Of a stretch of DNA of 47,932 nucleotides, positions 46,963 to 47,932 are shown in pieces (positions within the stretch are counted from its first letter, which is position 1; every line of letters starts with the position of its first letter). The notes below the pieces were generated by a model. That model did no database searches and was not told the DNA's origin. It was given only the letters and a program-made list of their open reading frames with translations. The DNA comes from Chiloscyllium plagiosum (lineage: Eukaryota), in the NCBI RefSeq assembly GCF_004010195.1, contig NC_057719.1, positions 78,101,929 to 78,149,860 of the forward strand, given 5' to 3'. Both the position numbers and the translations under genes were made by a program.

Positions 46963-47932
46963 TTTTCTTTATAGATTTTTTATTAGAAATTTAACATTTT
47001 TACAAGTTTACAAAAATAAACAAAACTCTCAGATATAAACATTGATATACAATTAGCTCAAATATACAATAGCCAAAATTTAACAAACAAAACAAAACAA
47101 CAAAAAAAGACCGAAAAAAAAAACAAACAAAACTCAACTATCTACTAATCTAACCTACAACTAACCAGAGTGTATATTTAAGTCTCTTACATGCTCGGGA
47201 TGTGTTAGCATCAGATATAATAAAATCGTGCGGGATTCCTCCCCCGAGGGGCCCCGGACCAGCCAGGTTTGTAATCTCAATTAAATAAAAGCCCTTGTTA
47301 GGATAGCCGAAATATCAGTATTTATGTAATTCAAAAACGGCTGCCATATTTTATAAAATAATTCGGTCTTTCGGTGCACCATATTTGTAAGGAAGTCAAG
47401 GGGAATACATTCCATAATTAGTCTGTGCTAATTTGAAAATCCAGGGGGGCCCTCAGCCGCCCAGTTCACCAAAATATTTTTCCTTGCACAGAAAGAAAGA
47501 ATAGAAAATAGTCTCTTCCCGTACGTGTCCAGGGAGGGAAAGTTCGAAAAGCCCAAGAGGAGAGATTCAGGGTCCACTTTAATTTCCGTTCCTAAAATTT
47601 CTGTCAGGGTACTTGCTACTTTAGTCCAATATCGACGGATCTTATGACAGGTCCATAAGCAATGTACAAGAGTGCCCACCTCTATTTTGCATTTAGGACA
47701 CATTGGAGATGCTCCTGCCTTAAATTTTGCCAATCGAACCGGTGCTATATGGGCCCTATGAAGTATCTTCAGCTGGATAGCCTGGGTTCTGTTAAAAATA
47801 GTAATTCTTCTAGCATTTTCCCAGATATCATTCCACGTTTCTGTGGAGATTTCTAGTCCCAGATCCTGAACCCATGTTTTAAGCAGATTATCCATATCTC
47901 CCGATACTTCATCATGTAATAAATGATAAATA
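46963..47932 (-). mobile_element. L1-clade LINE 3' part (ORF2 C-terminal zinc-binding domain + 3' UTR), running off the window end
   Basis: QLKILHRAHIAPVRL, CPKCKIEVGTLVHCLWTC, ARKNILVNW; after TAG at 47428-47430 the frame continues (..FYKIWQPFLNY..) to TAA at 47281-47283; AATAAA at 46979-46984 on minus. Confidence 0.9.

Noticed and set aside
1..47932. Prokaryotic systems (CRISPR array, operon, phage or defence genes)
   Set aside because: No regularly spaced repeat-spacer array and no gene-dense ORFs; the content is vertebrate retroelements

Overview
Eukaryotic, not prokaryotic. This is a repeat-dense intronic/intergenic stretch of a cartilaginous-fish genome: HE1-type V-SINEs, CR1 LINEs and Penelope-like elements point to a shark, and an orectolobiform (bamboo/epaulette shark) is a guess. 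I recognise no host protein-coding gene; every ORF in the track with a recognisable product is a transposon fragment. Contents: two long decayed CR1 copies (ORF1 esterase, endonuclease, RT) plus many CR1 3' fragments; 8 HE1 SINEs; Deu/SacSINE1-like and other tRNA-SINE relics; several Penelope-like (RT + GIY-YIG) pieces; L2, RTE and L1-clade 3' ends; Gypsy relics with a candidate LTR; Harbinger relics; and one tRNA-Ser pseudogene. The most notable signal is a set of minimal hammerhead-ribozyme motifs from about four sequence families. They occur in Penelope tails, in short TSD-flanked non-autonomous inserts and fold-back elements, and one core-intact copy (43696-43729) lies in an unclassified non-coding element. 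There are also several unexplained CpG-rich islands and local direct/inverted duplications. Family names come from motif recognition by eye, without database searches. Most element boundaries are approximate (tens of bp); TSD and repeat-arm coordinates were read directly.
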